A stretch of DNA of 63,249 nt, filler included. It is 9 parts of 9 records of this genome, joined end to end, with 100 filler letters (N's around TTAATTAATTAA, not from the genome) between each part and the next. Parts side by side here need not be neighbours in the genome. Positions count along the whole stretch, not along the records: positions 33,858 to 45,591 come from SRR31156797_14033; positions 45,692 to 51,201 come from SRR31156797_14040; 7 more parts are not named here. One strand, written 5' to 3'. Both the position numbers and the translations under genes were made by a program. The notes below the pieces were generated by a model. The model worked only from the letters and a program-made list of their open reading frames with translations. It did no database searches and was not told the DNA's origin. Within the stretch, counting starts at the first letter, position 1. Each line of letters begins with the position of its first letter. Shown here piece by piece: positions 39,496 through 49,714 of the stretch.

Positions 39496-40545
39496 CTAGT
39501 TGGAACTTCTTCTTGCCGCCGACTGGCGGAGAACCAGGTTGTTTTGTAAATAGATTTTCCTGGATTGGTCGATTTTGTTATGTATCAAATCAAGTAGAAG
39601 CTGTACCGATCTTTTGCCGCTGTGTTCCAGAGGGAGGTGGACTGCGGTAACAGAGGGTTCGATAATATCGGAATAGTAGTAGTCACCCTGTCCGATGATG
39701 GAAATATCGTCGGGGATACCTAATCCTCTCTCCTTGAGTAGCTTGTAGACTCCGGCGGTCATCAGCATAGAGAGGGAATAGACCGCTGTTATATCCTCTC
39801 TCTTATCAAGAAGCTGAGCCAGAGCATGATAGGCCGACAGCATCTCGTATCCGCCGTCTATTATCAGCTCCTCGTCGAAAACTAGCCCGGCATTCTCATA
39901 TGATGCTTTGTATTCCTCGATTGCTCTTTGGGTTTCAGGAGCGTTGGGATTGCCTCCCAGCAGAGCGATCCTCTTGTGGTTCAGAGACGCCAGGTATGAG
40001 ATCGGTGAGCAATCATTGCTGTTCGTACAGATTATCTGGTTAACGTCTTCTTTTATCTCAGGCATGTTCACAGTAACGAAGGGTATATCGTTATTCTTCA
40101 GGGTGATGATATTGCTGTGAAGACGATCCAATCTGGAGAATCGTGTTCCGAAAAGGATCACTCCGTCAAAGCTGCGGCATTTCAGGATACAGTCCTCATC
40201 GATTATAGGCTCTCCATTCAAAACCTTTACCTGCATGAAGATCATGCTGTAACCGTGTTTGAATAGTTCTTCCTGTATTCCGCTGAGGATTTCGTTTACC
40301 TGTTCGTACTTGAATATGGGAAGATTGAAGGGCATCAGAATGGCTATGATTTTCGTTTTTCCTTCCTCGTTGAACTGAGTTTTCAGCGGGGGAGTGTAGT
40401 TGAGTTCCTTCATTGCGCCCTGGATGCGCTTCTTCAATTTATCACTGATCCGTTTTGTTGATGGATCTCTCATATAGAGAGAAATAGTCATCTTGGATAC
40501 TCCAAGATGTTCAGCAAGTTTCTGCATGGATATCTGTTCGCTCAT
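39496..40545 (-). CDS. LacI-family transcriptional regulator
   Basis: ISMQKLAEHLGVSKMTIS HTH, ELNYTP, IPDDISIIG, LVLRQS. Confidence 0.93.
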   Translation of the reverse strand: MSEQISMQKLAEHLGVSKMTISLYMRDPSTKRISDKLKKRIQGAMKELNYTPPLKTQFNEEGKTKIIAILMPFNLPIFKYEQVNEILSGIQEELFKHGYSMIFMQVKVLNGEPIIDEDCILKCRSFDGVILFGTRFSRLDRLHSNIITLKNNDIPFVTVNMPEIKEDVNQIICTNSNDCSPISYLASLNHKRIALLGGNPNAPETQRAIEEYKASYENAGLVFDEELIIDGGYEMLSAYHALAQLLDKREDITAVYSLSMLMTAGVYKLLKERGLGIPDDISIIGQGDYYYSDIIEPSVTAVHLPLEHSGKRSVQLLLDLIHNKIDQSRKIYLQNNLVLRQSAARRSSN

Positions 40546-40567
40546 CTCAGTCCTTATGTGCTCTTTC

Positions 40568-40624
40568 GTTTACATTGAGTTTACGTGTAAACCTATGGTA
40601 AACATGTTAGTCGGGAATTGTCAA
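40568..40624 (-). promoter_or_regulatory. Promoter with overlapping four-half-site operator for the lacI-ABC operon
   Basis: Minus strand TTGACA (40624-40619)-18 nt-TACCAT (40600-40595); GTTTAC-attga-GTTTAC-gt-GTAAAC-ctatg-GTAAAC at 40568-40603. Confidence 0.75.
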
Positions 40625-40803
40625 GGATTACTTGTTTGAAATCATTCTCGTTGTTTTCCTTATCTGACAGATGTAGCAGCTGCATCGGTTGCAGAATCTT
40701 TGCTCTCCGGAGGGCAGAGAGATGGATAGGGAATCATAATGTTAAGGCTTGTCTCACAGTATCCCACAGTGCTTTATCCCCTTTCAGGGTGTATAATTAA
40801 AGT

Positions 40804-41358
40804 ATGAAGACCTCCTATCTGGAGCAGGCCCGCGAAAGGGCCGGAAAGAGTCGTCATTCTATCCTCTGTTCCTGGTCGGTCGGCCCTGAATCATGGATGA
40901 CTGCGGTCACGCCCGTTGTGAGGGAGCGATTCCGCTTACAGCTGAAGAGTTTCTTTACGCTGCTGGCGGTTCTCACATTCGGATTAGGCCTCAGTTCCCT
41001 TGTGGGGAGAGGGGACGCGGGCCTGCTGTTCACTGTGGTCCTGATCGTTTACGGGCTCGTATCCTGGATATTCTATCTCAACAGACGCTCCGGCATTCTC
41101 TTTCCTCCCGAAAGGACCTTCTTCCTGACCCCGTACGGTTTTTTCAACGGTTATGAATACGTTTCCCGGGTCAGAAGCTATGATATCGATATCAGGGAGA
41201 AGCGGGTTTTTATCCAGGGCTACAGCTATATCGGCGGAGGCGCTATGGGCGGCGGTTACTGGAAAGAGCTTGAGATGCTCCTCGTATGGGAACATGACGA
41301 GGACCAGGCCGAGATCCTGGCCAAAGTGAGGCAGCTGGTTTTGCGGAAAGCGGAGTAG
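40804..41358 (+). CDS. Hypothetical membrane protein (2 TMs + soluble C-terminal domain)
   Basis: 184-aa ORF in intergenic space with a TATAAT box upstream; no family recognised. Confidence 0.6.
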   Translation: MKTSYLEQARERAGKSRHSILCSWSVGPESWMTAVTPVVRERFRLQLKSFFTLLAVLTFGLGLSSLVGRGDAGLLFTVVLIVYGLVSWIFYLNRRSGILFPPERTFFLTPYGFFNGYEYVSRVRSYDIDIREKRVFIQGYSYIGGGAMGGGYWKELEMLLVWEHDEDQAEILAKVRQLVLRKAE

Positions 41359-41494
41359 AGCCGGGGAGGGTGAGGGGGAGAGGCCCATGTCCCGTCTTCC
41401 CCCATGAGCCTTTGTTATTTGCTGTCGATTGCACTATATTTTGTCATAGAATCCGCGGCGGATTTATTACAAATCCAGGAAGAGAATCAGACTT

Positions 41495-43765
41495 GTGACA
41501 GATAAGAGAAGAAACGTCAGAAACACGATCGTCAGCAACTCTCTTCCCGTTTTTCTGTCCATAGTCCTTTTCATTTTGCTGATCTTTCTCATCATCCTCC
41601 CCTTTATCAAAGAGGCCTTGCTGAATCAGAAAAAGGACGCGGTCAGGAAGATGGTCGAATCGGCCTACAGCCTTGTGGACAAGGCCCATGCGGAGTACCT
41701 CGCTGGACTGTCGACGGAAGAGGCGTCCCAGGATAAGGTCCTCAGCATATTGAACGATCTCCGCTATGACGAGGGGATGAGGAACTATTTCTGGATCAAT
41801 ACCATCGAGGAGGGGGACGTTTCCCTGCTGGTCATGCATCCCTACCGGCAGGATCTGGTGGGAAGCAACGTTATGTTTCTGCAGGATCCCTACGGGATCT
41901 ATCTTTTCAGGGATATGATAGGGCTGGTCAAGGAGGGCGGCGACGGGTATATCTCCTATCACTGGCAGTATATGGACGACGTTCAGAGGATTGAGCCGAA
42001 ACTGTCTTATATCAAGCTCTTCAAACCCTGGAACTGGATCATCGGCACGGGCCTGTACCTGGATGACATCAACAGGGAGATCAGCCAGATAACCAGCGAT
42101 ATCACCAGATACATTTTCCTGGTCCTCTTCCTGATAATACTGTTGCTGGCCTACAACTCCTACGGGACGATAAAAACGGAGAAGGAGAAGAAGGCGGCCC
42201 AGAAGAAGCTGTATGATTCCCAGCGTTATCTCAGTTCTCTGTTTGATCTTTTGCCCCTGGCCCTGTTCAGTTGCGATGACAGCTGGTCCGTTCATGACTG
42301 CAACGTCAGGGCCCTCTCCCTGTTGGGCAAGCCCAGGGAATCCATTCTGGGCAGTCTGTTATACGCACTCATCCCTGAGTCCAAAGCGCTGGTCGATCAT
42401 ATGGGCAAGCAGTCGAACCGGGGGGAGGACGAGCAATTTGAGAAGCTCAGTATCAATGCGGGCGGCAAGGAGCTCATCGTCCATATTACCGTATTTGCCG
42501 TTCATCTGGAGGGCTTTCCCGAATTCGTTATCCTCATTGACGATGTGAGCGCTCAGGACCTTAAAGAGAAGCAGCTCATCCAGGCCCAGAAGATGGAAGC
42601 GGTGGGGACCCTCGTGGGGGGGATCGCCCATGATTTTAACAATATCCTCGGCGGCATCGTGGGGGCCTCCTCCCTCATCAGCTATAGATGCGACAGCTTC
42701 GAAACCCTTACAAGTGATGAGTTGAGAGGCTATCTCTCCCTTATTGATGAAGCGGGAAGCAGGGCCTCTGACATGGTCCAGCAGCTGCTCTCCCTGTCTA
42801 GGAAGCAGGAGGCGCATTTTTCCGCTCAGGATTTGAATGCCGCCTTGAGGAACACCTATAAAATCTGCTCCAACAGCTTTGACAAGTGCATCGAGATCAG
42901 GTTCAAGACCTATGAAACGCCGGCCATGGCCATGGTCAATCTCACTATGATCGAGCAGGTCCTTCTCAACCTCTGCATCAATGCCAACCATGCCATGACG
43001 ATCATGAGAGAGGGGGCGGAGCCGGAAGGTGGGACCCTGACGCTGCGGCTCGACAGGGTTGCTATTGATGAGAAGTCTCTCCGTTACAATCCGGAAGCGC
43101 TTGAGGATGAGTACTGGTGCGTAATCGTACAGGACACGGGGATCGGAATCGAAAAAAGGAATCTGACGAAAATATTCGAGCCCTTTTTTACAACGAAAGA
43201 CAAGGACCACGGCAGCGGACTGGGGCTATCCATGGTCTATAACATCATCAGGCAGCACAAGGGATTCATCGATGTCTATTCGGAGACCGGACAGGGAACC
43301 GCCGTGAAAGTCTATCTGCCGGTTCTGAGCGGGGAAAAAGAGCGGAATTCCTTTGATCAGAGGGCCGAGGCCCCTGTGAAGGGCAGGGGAACGGTTCTGG
43401 TGATCGACGATGATAGGATCATCAGGCAGCTTGCCGTAGAGATCCTGGAAAACTGCGGATACACCACTCTGGAAGCCGCCGACGGCGAAGAGGGCATCAG
43501 GGTCTTCAGGGAGAGCGAAGCCAGGATCGATCTGATCTATCTGGATATGATCATGCCCAGAAAATCGGGGGAACAGGTCTTCCGGGCCGTTCGGAAGATC
43601 GACGGTTCCGTAAAAATTCTGTTGTCATCGGGATTCAAGAAAGATGACAAAGTGAACGCGTTGATGGATGAGGGGGTCGACGGGTTTCTGCAGAAGCCCT
43701 TCAGCGCCTATGAACTGTCCAGGCGGGTTCACGATCTTCTGATCCGGGCCCGGGAGAAGGATTGA
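41495..43765 (+). CDS. Hybrid sensor histidine kinase (Cache-PAS-HisKA-HATPase-REC)
   Basis: sCache_2-like NYFWIN...MHP...[45 protein letters not shown] receiver. Confidence 0.94.
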   Translation: MTDKRRNVRNTIVSNSLPVFLSIVLFILLIFLIILPFIKEALLNQKKDAVRKMVESAYSLVDKAHAEYLAGLSTEEASQDKVLSILNDLRYDEGMRNYFWINTIEEGDVSLLVMHPYRQDLVGSNVMFLQDPYGIYLFRDMIGLVKEGGDGYISYHWQYMDDVQRIEPKLSYIKLFKPWNWIIGTGLYLDDINREISQITSDITRYIFLVLFLIILLLAYNSYGTIKTEKEKKAAQKKLYDSQRYLSSLFDLLPLALFSCDDSWSVHDCNVRALSLLGKPRESILGSLLYALIPESKALVDHMGKQSNRGEDEQFEKLSINAGGKELIVHITVFAVHLEGFPEFVILIDDVSAQDLKEKQLIQAQKMEAVGTLVGGIAHDFNNILGGIVGASSLISYRCDSFETLTSDELRGYLSLIDEAGSRASDMVQQLLSLSRKQEAHFSAQDLNAALRNTYKICSNSFDKCIEIRFKTYETPAMAMVNLTMIEQVLLNLCINANHAMTIMREGAEPEGGTLTLRLDRVAIDEKSLRYNPEALEDEYWCVIVQDTGIGIEKRNLTKIFEPFFTTKDKDHGSGLGLSMVYNIIRQHKGFIDVYSETGQGTAVKVYLPVLSGEKERNSFDQRAEAPVKGRGTVLVIDDDRIIRQLAVEILENCGYTTLEAADGEEGIRVFRESEARIDLIYLDMIMPRKSGEQVFRAVRKIDGSVKILLSSGFKKDDKVNALMDEGVDGFLQKPFSAYELSRRVHDLLIRAREKD

Positions 43766-43811
43766 AGCTCAGATCAATTCAAAATATTTCTTTTTATGCT
43801 ATCCTTAGGGC

Positions 43812-45446
43812 ATGAAGTTTCCATTCCCTGAAAAGTCCAATCCCGGCATACCCTTTCTCATCGCCCTTGTCCTGTGCTTGCTTTTTTTCTTCGGTTTCTC
43901 CCTTGCCCGGAGGCTGGCGGCTCCCCCTTCGGAGGGCATAAGCCGTGAGATCGTTTCGGGGGAACTGGATTACGGTTTCTCCAGAACCGTCAATTGCCAT
44001 ACCCATCTGCTGGAGCTTCCGGGACGCGATGACGTCACCGTCTTCGCTGTGGACGGGAAGGGCATTCGGCTGATAGATCTCAATATTGAAGGAGAGATTC
44101 TGAAGGACCGCAGGCTGGATCTGGACCTCTCCCAATCATCCCGGATCGAAGCGTCCTATTCGGATCCGGAGAATATCCGGATTTTCTATATGAAAAAGGG
44201 ACTCCTCAATCGGGTGGACATCCCCGCGGAGGGGACCGGTTATTCAGAGTCCCCCCTCAGCAGCGGAGTACGCTCGTTCTCAGGCGACGACGGGAGCATC
44301 CTGTTTCTGAGGGATGACGGACTGTTCGCCTGGGATGCGGAATCCCTTTCCCCGCACCGGCTGCCCGTAGCCGGAGAGATCCTCTCTTTCAAGGTGATGA
44401 GCGAAAGGGAAGACGCTTTCGCCCTGGTGGTGACAAAGGCGGACTGGGACCGGGCGGATCTCCACCTTCTCCGTTGGGACGAGGGTTTTCATCTCCTTGA
44501 TGATGCGAGCATTCTGAGGAATGCCCCTCTCAAGTTCTATGGTGATCTCAAGGACGTCTACAGGAGCGAAGGCACTCTGACGGCTCTGTATTCCTACAGG
44601 GACAAACACGATAAGCTCAACACCCTGACCCTGCAGACCATCGATCTCGCCCGGGGAGCCTTGAAGAGGGAGATCCGGAGTGATTTCCCCTACTACAACA
44701 GCCGCTACACCATCGTCGAGGCCGGAGAGGAGGGCATCCGTTTTCTCCTTCAGTTCGACGGCAGGCACAGCGTGGACCTGGGACTATGCGCCATGGAAAG
44801 CGACGGCTCCTATACGATCAGGCCCCTGACCAGGACGAGAAACGTGAGCAAGCTCACGGGGCTCTTCAACCGGGAGGGGCGGGACGGCCTGGTTTTTACG
44901 GATCTCGAATACGAGAAGAGGATCCTTCATTTCGCCTCCGGGACGGACCGGATGATGAAAGATACGACCCGGCTCTCCTCAGTATCCTTCTTCTATCCCC
45001 TGTTGACGACCATTCTGGTTTTCCTCGTTTCCCTGGTCTCGGGCGTTCTGTTTCTCATGGCCGTCATGCCGCTGCCCTTTGCGGCCTCCCTGGTGGCGGA
45101 CCGCTCCCTCAGGATAAAAGGGCCCGTCGGGTTCTCCCTTATTACCGCGGCCGCTGCGATCGCCCATACCGGACTTCAGATCCTTATCACCGGGAACATC
45201 CTCAACTCCCGTATCGACACGTCCTATATTCCCGCTTTCGCCGGAAGGGGGCCGTGGATCACTGTGATCCTGCTCCTCCTGGCCCTGATCTCCTATGCCG
45301 TAGCCAGGAAGGATATGAAGGGAGTGGAGTACGGAAGCCGATCCCTGATGGCCTTCTATGTCCGCTTTGCCGTGTACGACTATATCGTCTATGTGCCCCT
45401 GTTTCTGATGTATGTGTTCAACGCGGTACTGCTGAGCAAGATCTAG
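43812..45446 (+). CDS. Hypothetical membrane protein (N-terminal TM, large beta-rich extracytoplasmic domain, about 4 C-terminal TMs)
   Basis: 544-aa ORF with a coherent hydropathy pattern; no family recognised. Confidence 0.7.
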   Translation: MKFPFPEKSNPGIPFLIALVLCLLFFFGFSLARRLAAPPSEGISREIVSGELDYGFSRTVNCHTHLLELPGRDDVTVFAVDGKGIRLIDLNIEGEILKDRRLDLDLSQSSRIEASYSDPENIRIFYMKKGLLNRVDIPAEGTGYSESPLSSGVRSFSGDDGSILFLRDDGLFAWDAESLSPHRLPVAGEILSFKVMSEREDAFALVVTKADWDRADLHLLRWDEGFHLLDDASILRNAPLKFYGDLKDVYRSEGTLTALYSYRDKHDKLNTLTLQTIDLARGALKREIRSDFPYYNSRYTIVEAGEEGIRFLLQFDGRHSVDLGLCAMESDGSYTIRPLTRTRNVSKLTGLFNREGRDGLVFTDLEYEKRILHFASGTDRMMKDTTRLSSVSFFYPLLTTILVFLVSLVSGVLFLMAVMPLPFAASLVADRSLRIKGPVGFSLITAAAAIAHTGLQILITGNILNSRIDTSYIPAFAGRGPWITVILLLLALISYAVARKDMKGVEYGSRSLMAFYVRFAVYDYIVYVPLFLMYVFNAVLLSKI

Positions 45447-45591
45447 AGACGACCCCGTGTCCCCGGTCCTTCAGCGTAGGAGACGGGGAGGCTTCCTCAT
45501 GATCGCGGCACCCGGGAGCCGAATGGATTATAGTTATTCATTTTACTAGAAAACTGAAGTGGCGTTGACTATAATTTGTATTGTGCCTCTT

Positions 45592-45691
45592 NNNNNNNNN
45601 NNNNNNNNNNNNNNNNNNNNNNNNNNNNNNNNNNNTTAATTAATTAANNNNNNNNNNNNNNNNNNNNNNNNNNNNNNNNNNNNNNNNNNNN
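45592..45691. other. Artificial contig spacer
   Basis: N44-TTAATTAATTAA-N44. Confidence 0.98.
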
Positions 45692-45891
45692 GTATGCCTA
45701 TACAAAACAGAGCCCGGAAGCATCCGAAACAGCCTTTAGGGTTCAAGGATGCGGTTCCGTATTGAGCCTGTGGGGGGGCTTGTTCCTGGCGGGTCTGGTG
45801 ATTCTGTTCGGCATATTGCCGGAGCCGGTTTTCAGGATGTTGATGCCTTGATGATTTCATCCTTTGTTATCTTTCATTATGGTCGGGTGGT

Positions 45892-47844
45892 GTGATGAGT
45901 AAAATACTGGCGGTGGACAATGATCCGTTTATCCTTGAGTTCTTGAAAGATCTCCTTACGGGCGAAGGGCATGTGGTGTTGACCGCCAATGACGGGCTCA
46001 GTGCGGTGGATGTGCTGGATGAACACACGCCCGATATTATTTTTGTTGATCTGGTCATGCCCAATATCGACGGAAAACGGCTCTGTAAAATTATCCGCGC
46101 CATGGGAAAACTGGCGGATGTATATCTCGTGGTCCTCTCCGCAACCATTGAAAAAGAGCGCGAAAACCTTCAGGCATTGGGGGTTGACCACTCTATTGCC
46201 AAAGGCACCCTTGAAGCCATGACCCGGGATGTCCTCAGGGCGGTCCAATGTCGAAAGGCGTTGCCGGGGATTGCTTCCCAACGGGAAAAACACCCGCAAG
46301 GTGAACTCTTTGCTCCCAAATCCCTTACCGAGGAACTCTTTTCCATCAAGAAGCATTTTGAAGTCATCTTTGAAAGGATGTCCGAAGGCATCATTGAGAT
46401 TTCACGGGATAACAGGGTCGTCTACGCCAATCCTTCGGCCCTTTCCATTATTGGACTCCCCGAAGAAAGGCTTCTTGCTTCACCGGTAGGGGAAATTTTT
46501 CCCCGTGAATACCGGAGAATGGTGTTGGAACTCATCGCAGCCACGGATGGGTCCCCCACGGGCAACACGGAAGACATTCTGGTGGGTATGAATGGTTACC
46601 GGTTAATGGTTAAAGCCCTTGCCGTAACGGATGGGGGCGGATCGTCCATCATCATTTTAAACGACGTTACCATGCAAAAGGAGGCTGAAGCTGCTCTGAA
46701 ACGACGAAATCGAGAGTTGGAGCTGCTCAATCTGTCCGGTCGTACTCTCAATTCCAGCCTTGAATTGGATAAAGTGCTGGTTACCGTCCTGGAAGAATTG
46801 CGCTCTCACATTGATGTGTTGGGCAGCACCATCTGGCTTGTGGAACCGGAAAAGGAAGATCTTGTGTGCCGACAGGCTGCGGGGATTTGTGCAGACGTCT
46901 TGAATGGCTGGCGTTTGGAACCGGGTCAGGGACTGGCCGGATGGGTTGCTCGTTATGGGGAATCCCTGAATGTGCATGACACGCGCGTTGATTTTCGCCA
47001 TTACAAAGGGGTCGATAGGGAAACCGGATACGAGATCAGGTCCATTTTGGGGGTACCGCTCATTTCGCGGGGCAAACTGATCGGCGTCATACAGGTGGTG
47101 GATACGGCCCCGGGAATGTTTGACGCCACATGTCAGACCCTCCTTGAATGGCTGGCCGCATCCGCTGCCATCGCCATTGACAATGCCCGACTTTACCAGC
47201 GGGCCCGGGATGAAATCAGGCGGAGGGAAGCGGCCAAAGCGGAACTGGATAAAACTGTTCAGACGTTGCATCGGACCCTGAACGGAACCATTCAGGCCAT
47301 CGCACTGATTGTGGAGACAAAGGACCCCTACACCGCCGGCCACCAGCGGCGCGTTGCTCAACTGGTGGAGGCCATCGGCAAAAAGATGGGTCTTTCAAAA
47401 GAGCGCATTGAGAGCCTTCGAATCACCGGGCTGATTCATGATATCGGTAAAATGGCCACACCCACGGCAATCCTCAGCAAACCGGGAACCCTCAACGAAA
47501 TCGAGTTTGCGCTGATTAAAGAACATGCCAGGGTGGGTTATGAGATACTCAAGAAGGTGGCGTTTCCCTGCCCTGTGGCTGAAATCGTTTATCAGCATCA
47601 TGAACGGATGGATGGCTCCGGGTATCCCCGGGGGCTGAGGGGAAAGGACATCCTTCCGGAGGCCAGAATATTAAGCGTCGCCGACGTGGTGGAAGGGATG
47701 TCCAGCCACCGGCCCTACCGGGCGGCCCTCGGAAGTTCGGCGGCCCTTGAGGAGATCAAACGGCAGAAGGGAAAGCTCTACGACCCCGAGGTGGTGATGG
47801 CCTGTCTGGAGATCTTCCAATCCGGAGAATTTTGTTTTGAATAG
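45892..47844 (+). CDS. REC-PAS-GAF-HD-GYP cyclic-dinucleotide phosphodiesterase
   Basis: ILAVDND...VDLVMP receiver, PAS (VYANPSA), GAF (GLAGWV...GVPL...IGVIQV), KDPYTAGHQRRVA, HDIGK, HHERMDGSGYPRGL. Confidence 0.93.
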   Translation: MMSKILAVDNDPFILEFLKDLLTGEGHVVLTANDGLSAVDVLDEHTPDIIFVDLVMPNIDGKRLCKIIRAMGKLADVYLVVLSATIEKERENLQALGVDHSIAKGTLEAMTRDVLRAVQCRKALPGIASQREKHPQGELFAPKSLTEELFSIKKHFEVIFERMSEGIIEISRDNRVVYANPSALSIIGLPEERLLASPVGEIFPREYRRMVLELIAATDGSPTGNTEDILVGMNGYRLMVKALAVTDGGGSSIIILNDVTMQKEAEAALKRRNRELELLNLSGRTLNSSLELDKVLVTVLEELRSHIDVLGSTIWLVEPEKEDLVCRQAAGICADVLNGWRLEPGQGLAGWVARYGESLNVHDTRVDFRHYKGVDRETGYEIRSILGVPLISRGKLIGVIQVVDTAPGMFDATCQTLLEWLAASAAIAIDNARLYQRARDEIRRREAAKAELDKTVQTLHRTLNGTIQAIALIVETKDPYTAGHQRRVAQLVEAIGKKMGLSKERIESLRITGLIHDIGKMATPTAILSKPGTLNEIEFALIKEHARVGYEILKKVAFPCPVAEIVYQHHERMDGSGYPRGLRGKDILPEARILSVADVVEGMSSHRPYRAALGSSAALEEIKRQKGKLYDPEVVMACLEIFQSGEFCFE

Positions 47845-48012
47845 GGTTTTGAGGGCAGCCCTTCAGCCCTTTCAAATGGGCTTCCCAGCGTTGTCGATTT
47901 CTGGCTTGCTGATCTTTGGTCACGGGCATCCTCCGTCAAACAATTAAAAGGTTGCCCGGATTATGACACGGCGCCAGGCCGCAGGGTAGATGTGGTTTTA
48001 TTGGCGCTTACC

Positions 48013-48260
48013 GATGAAAGAGCCCGGTACGCCATCCATCAGGAAGCGAATGACGGAAATGCACTCTTTCTGTTTCATTTCAACAAGCTGGTTCCCTGCT
48101 ATTTTTTTTGAGAAATTCGACCAGGCGCTTGAACAGGCAAACAAGGCCGAGGAATATCCGGACTGCGCATTAGGGCTGGCAGCGGTGCCGGCATTTTATT
48201 TTTAGGATTCTTTGGTGAGACTTGCTATGTTTCGCTCTGCCCCCAAAACACAAGAAAAAA
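48013..48260 (+). pseudogene. Internal fragment of a Ser/Thr kinase-AAA ATPase-GAF-His kinase (HstK-type) gene
   Basis: DERARYAIHQEANDGNALFLFHFNKLVPCYFF/EKFDQALEQANKAEEY...AVPAFYF*DSLVRLAM, with a frameshift in a T-run and an in-frame TAG. Confidence 0.6.
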
Positions 48261-48342
48261 GATTTGATAACCCTTTTATCCTCCTTTAACGCGCAAGGAA
48301 GGGGCAAGAGGTTGTGTAAATGGTCCAATTGGGATCAATCTG

Positions 48343-49500
48343 TTACCACACGTCAACAAAATTACGGCGTTTTCCGCGAGAAGATTTTGCTTTGGGAGCA
48401 GAGGTTAGTGCTATCGAGATAACCTTGCGGGTATCCGCAGGATCGATAACCGCATCTATTTCCAAATTTGCTGCAGTCTCGGTCGCTCTACCTTCTTCGT
48501 ACATCTTCTCCACCAGTTTTTCGAATAATTCTTCGCGCTCAGCTTTATCCACTACCAATTCCAATTCCTTTTTATAGCCTAACTGTACTCCTCCCTCCAG
48601 ACCCATACCGCCAAATTCCCCGGTGGGCCACGCAGCTGAATAGACCGGGGTGGCAAAACTGCCCCCGACCATTGCCATGGCGCCTAAGCCGTAGCCCTTG
48701 CGTAAGAAGATGACAACGATGGGGACGGTCATACTGGCCCCGGCAACAAACAGCCTGGACATTCGGCGTACCGCGGCCTGTTTCTCACTGTCGGGTCCCA
48801 CCATAAAACCGGGGGTATCGGTAAGGGAGATAATCGGTAATTCGAAGGCATCGCAAAGCTGAAGAACGCGTGCCGCTTTTTCGGCGGCCTCTGCATCCAC
48901 TGCCCCACCTATCTGCATACAGTCATTGGCAATCAAACCTACAGGTTTGCCTTCCAGTCGCAAGAAGCCGGTCACTACACCTGGTCCATAGGCGCGCCGC
49001 AGTTCGATAAAGGAATCTGCATCTGCCAACACCTCGATCACCCGTCGCACCGGGTAAGCGCGACGCCGATTCCTCAGGACGATATCTCTTAGTGAGGTCT
49101 GTTCAGAGCAAGACCAGTCGTCCAAAGTCCCCTGGAAATAGCCCAGCAATTTTTTTGCAGTAGCTGTTGCGTCCGCCTCATTCTCCGTCACAATATCAAC
49201 GACCCCATTATTTTCCTGAACGTCAATAGGACCGATTTCGGTGGGCTTAAAAACTCCCAGGCCGCCCCCTTCGATCATAGCGGGACCAGCCATCCCGATC
49301 CAGGAACTCCGGGTCGCAATGGTAATGTCGGCATAGCCGAACAGGGCGGCGTTGCCGGCAAAGCAGTAACCGTTGTTGATGTCAATACGTGGTACCAGGC
49401 CGCATCAGCCTGGCCCAGGCATAAAAAGAATTGTAATTGAGTCCGGCGATGAGGGTTTTGATATCTGTGTCCCCGGGCCGGCCTCCTCCACCTTCTGCCA
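48343..49500 (-). pseudogene. Acyl-CoA carboxylase carboxyltransferase domain, 5'-truncated and frameshifted
   Basis: AEGGGGRPGDTD...WARL, then a +1 shift near 49405 into GLVPRI..NGYCFAGNAAL...GMAGPAMIEGGGLG...DTPGFMVGP...LRKGYGLGAMAM...IDPADTR. Confidence 0.75.
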
Positions 49501-49643
49501 AGGTCCCTTGAAGAGGGATATTCTGATGAAGGCGTTTTTATGAGGACGGGTGTCTCGTCCGTTTCTCTTCGTCCCCTGTAAAGAGCATTCTTGGAATCCA
49601 GGTGGATTCTTTCGATGATTTTGTAACCTGGGACAGAAATCAT
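49501..49643 (-). pseudogene. N-terminal stub of a Ser/Thr kinase (HstK-type) gene
   Basis: GGAGAGG SD + MISVPGYKIIERIHLDSKNALYRGRRETDETPVLIKTPSSEYPSSRDL, then an abrupt switch to carboxyltransferase sequence. Confidence 0.65.
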
Positions 49644-49714
49644 ACTTGCCTCTCCGTAAAGGCTTCATTCCGAATCATACGACTTTTTTCCCGAACTTGG
49701 CTGAAGGTGTCGTT

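Noticed and set aside
41444-43210. Two 283-aa minus-strand ORFs
   Set aside because: Antisense to the hybrid kinase; no independent signals
45692-45860. Short minus-strand ORF with CFGC at the contig edge
   Set aside because: Truncated, no recognisable family; may be promoter DNA of the HD-GYP gene
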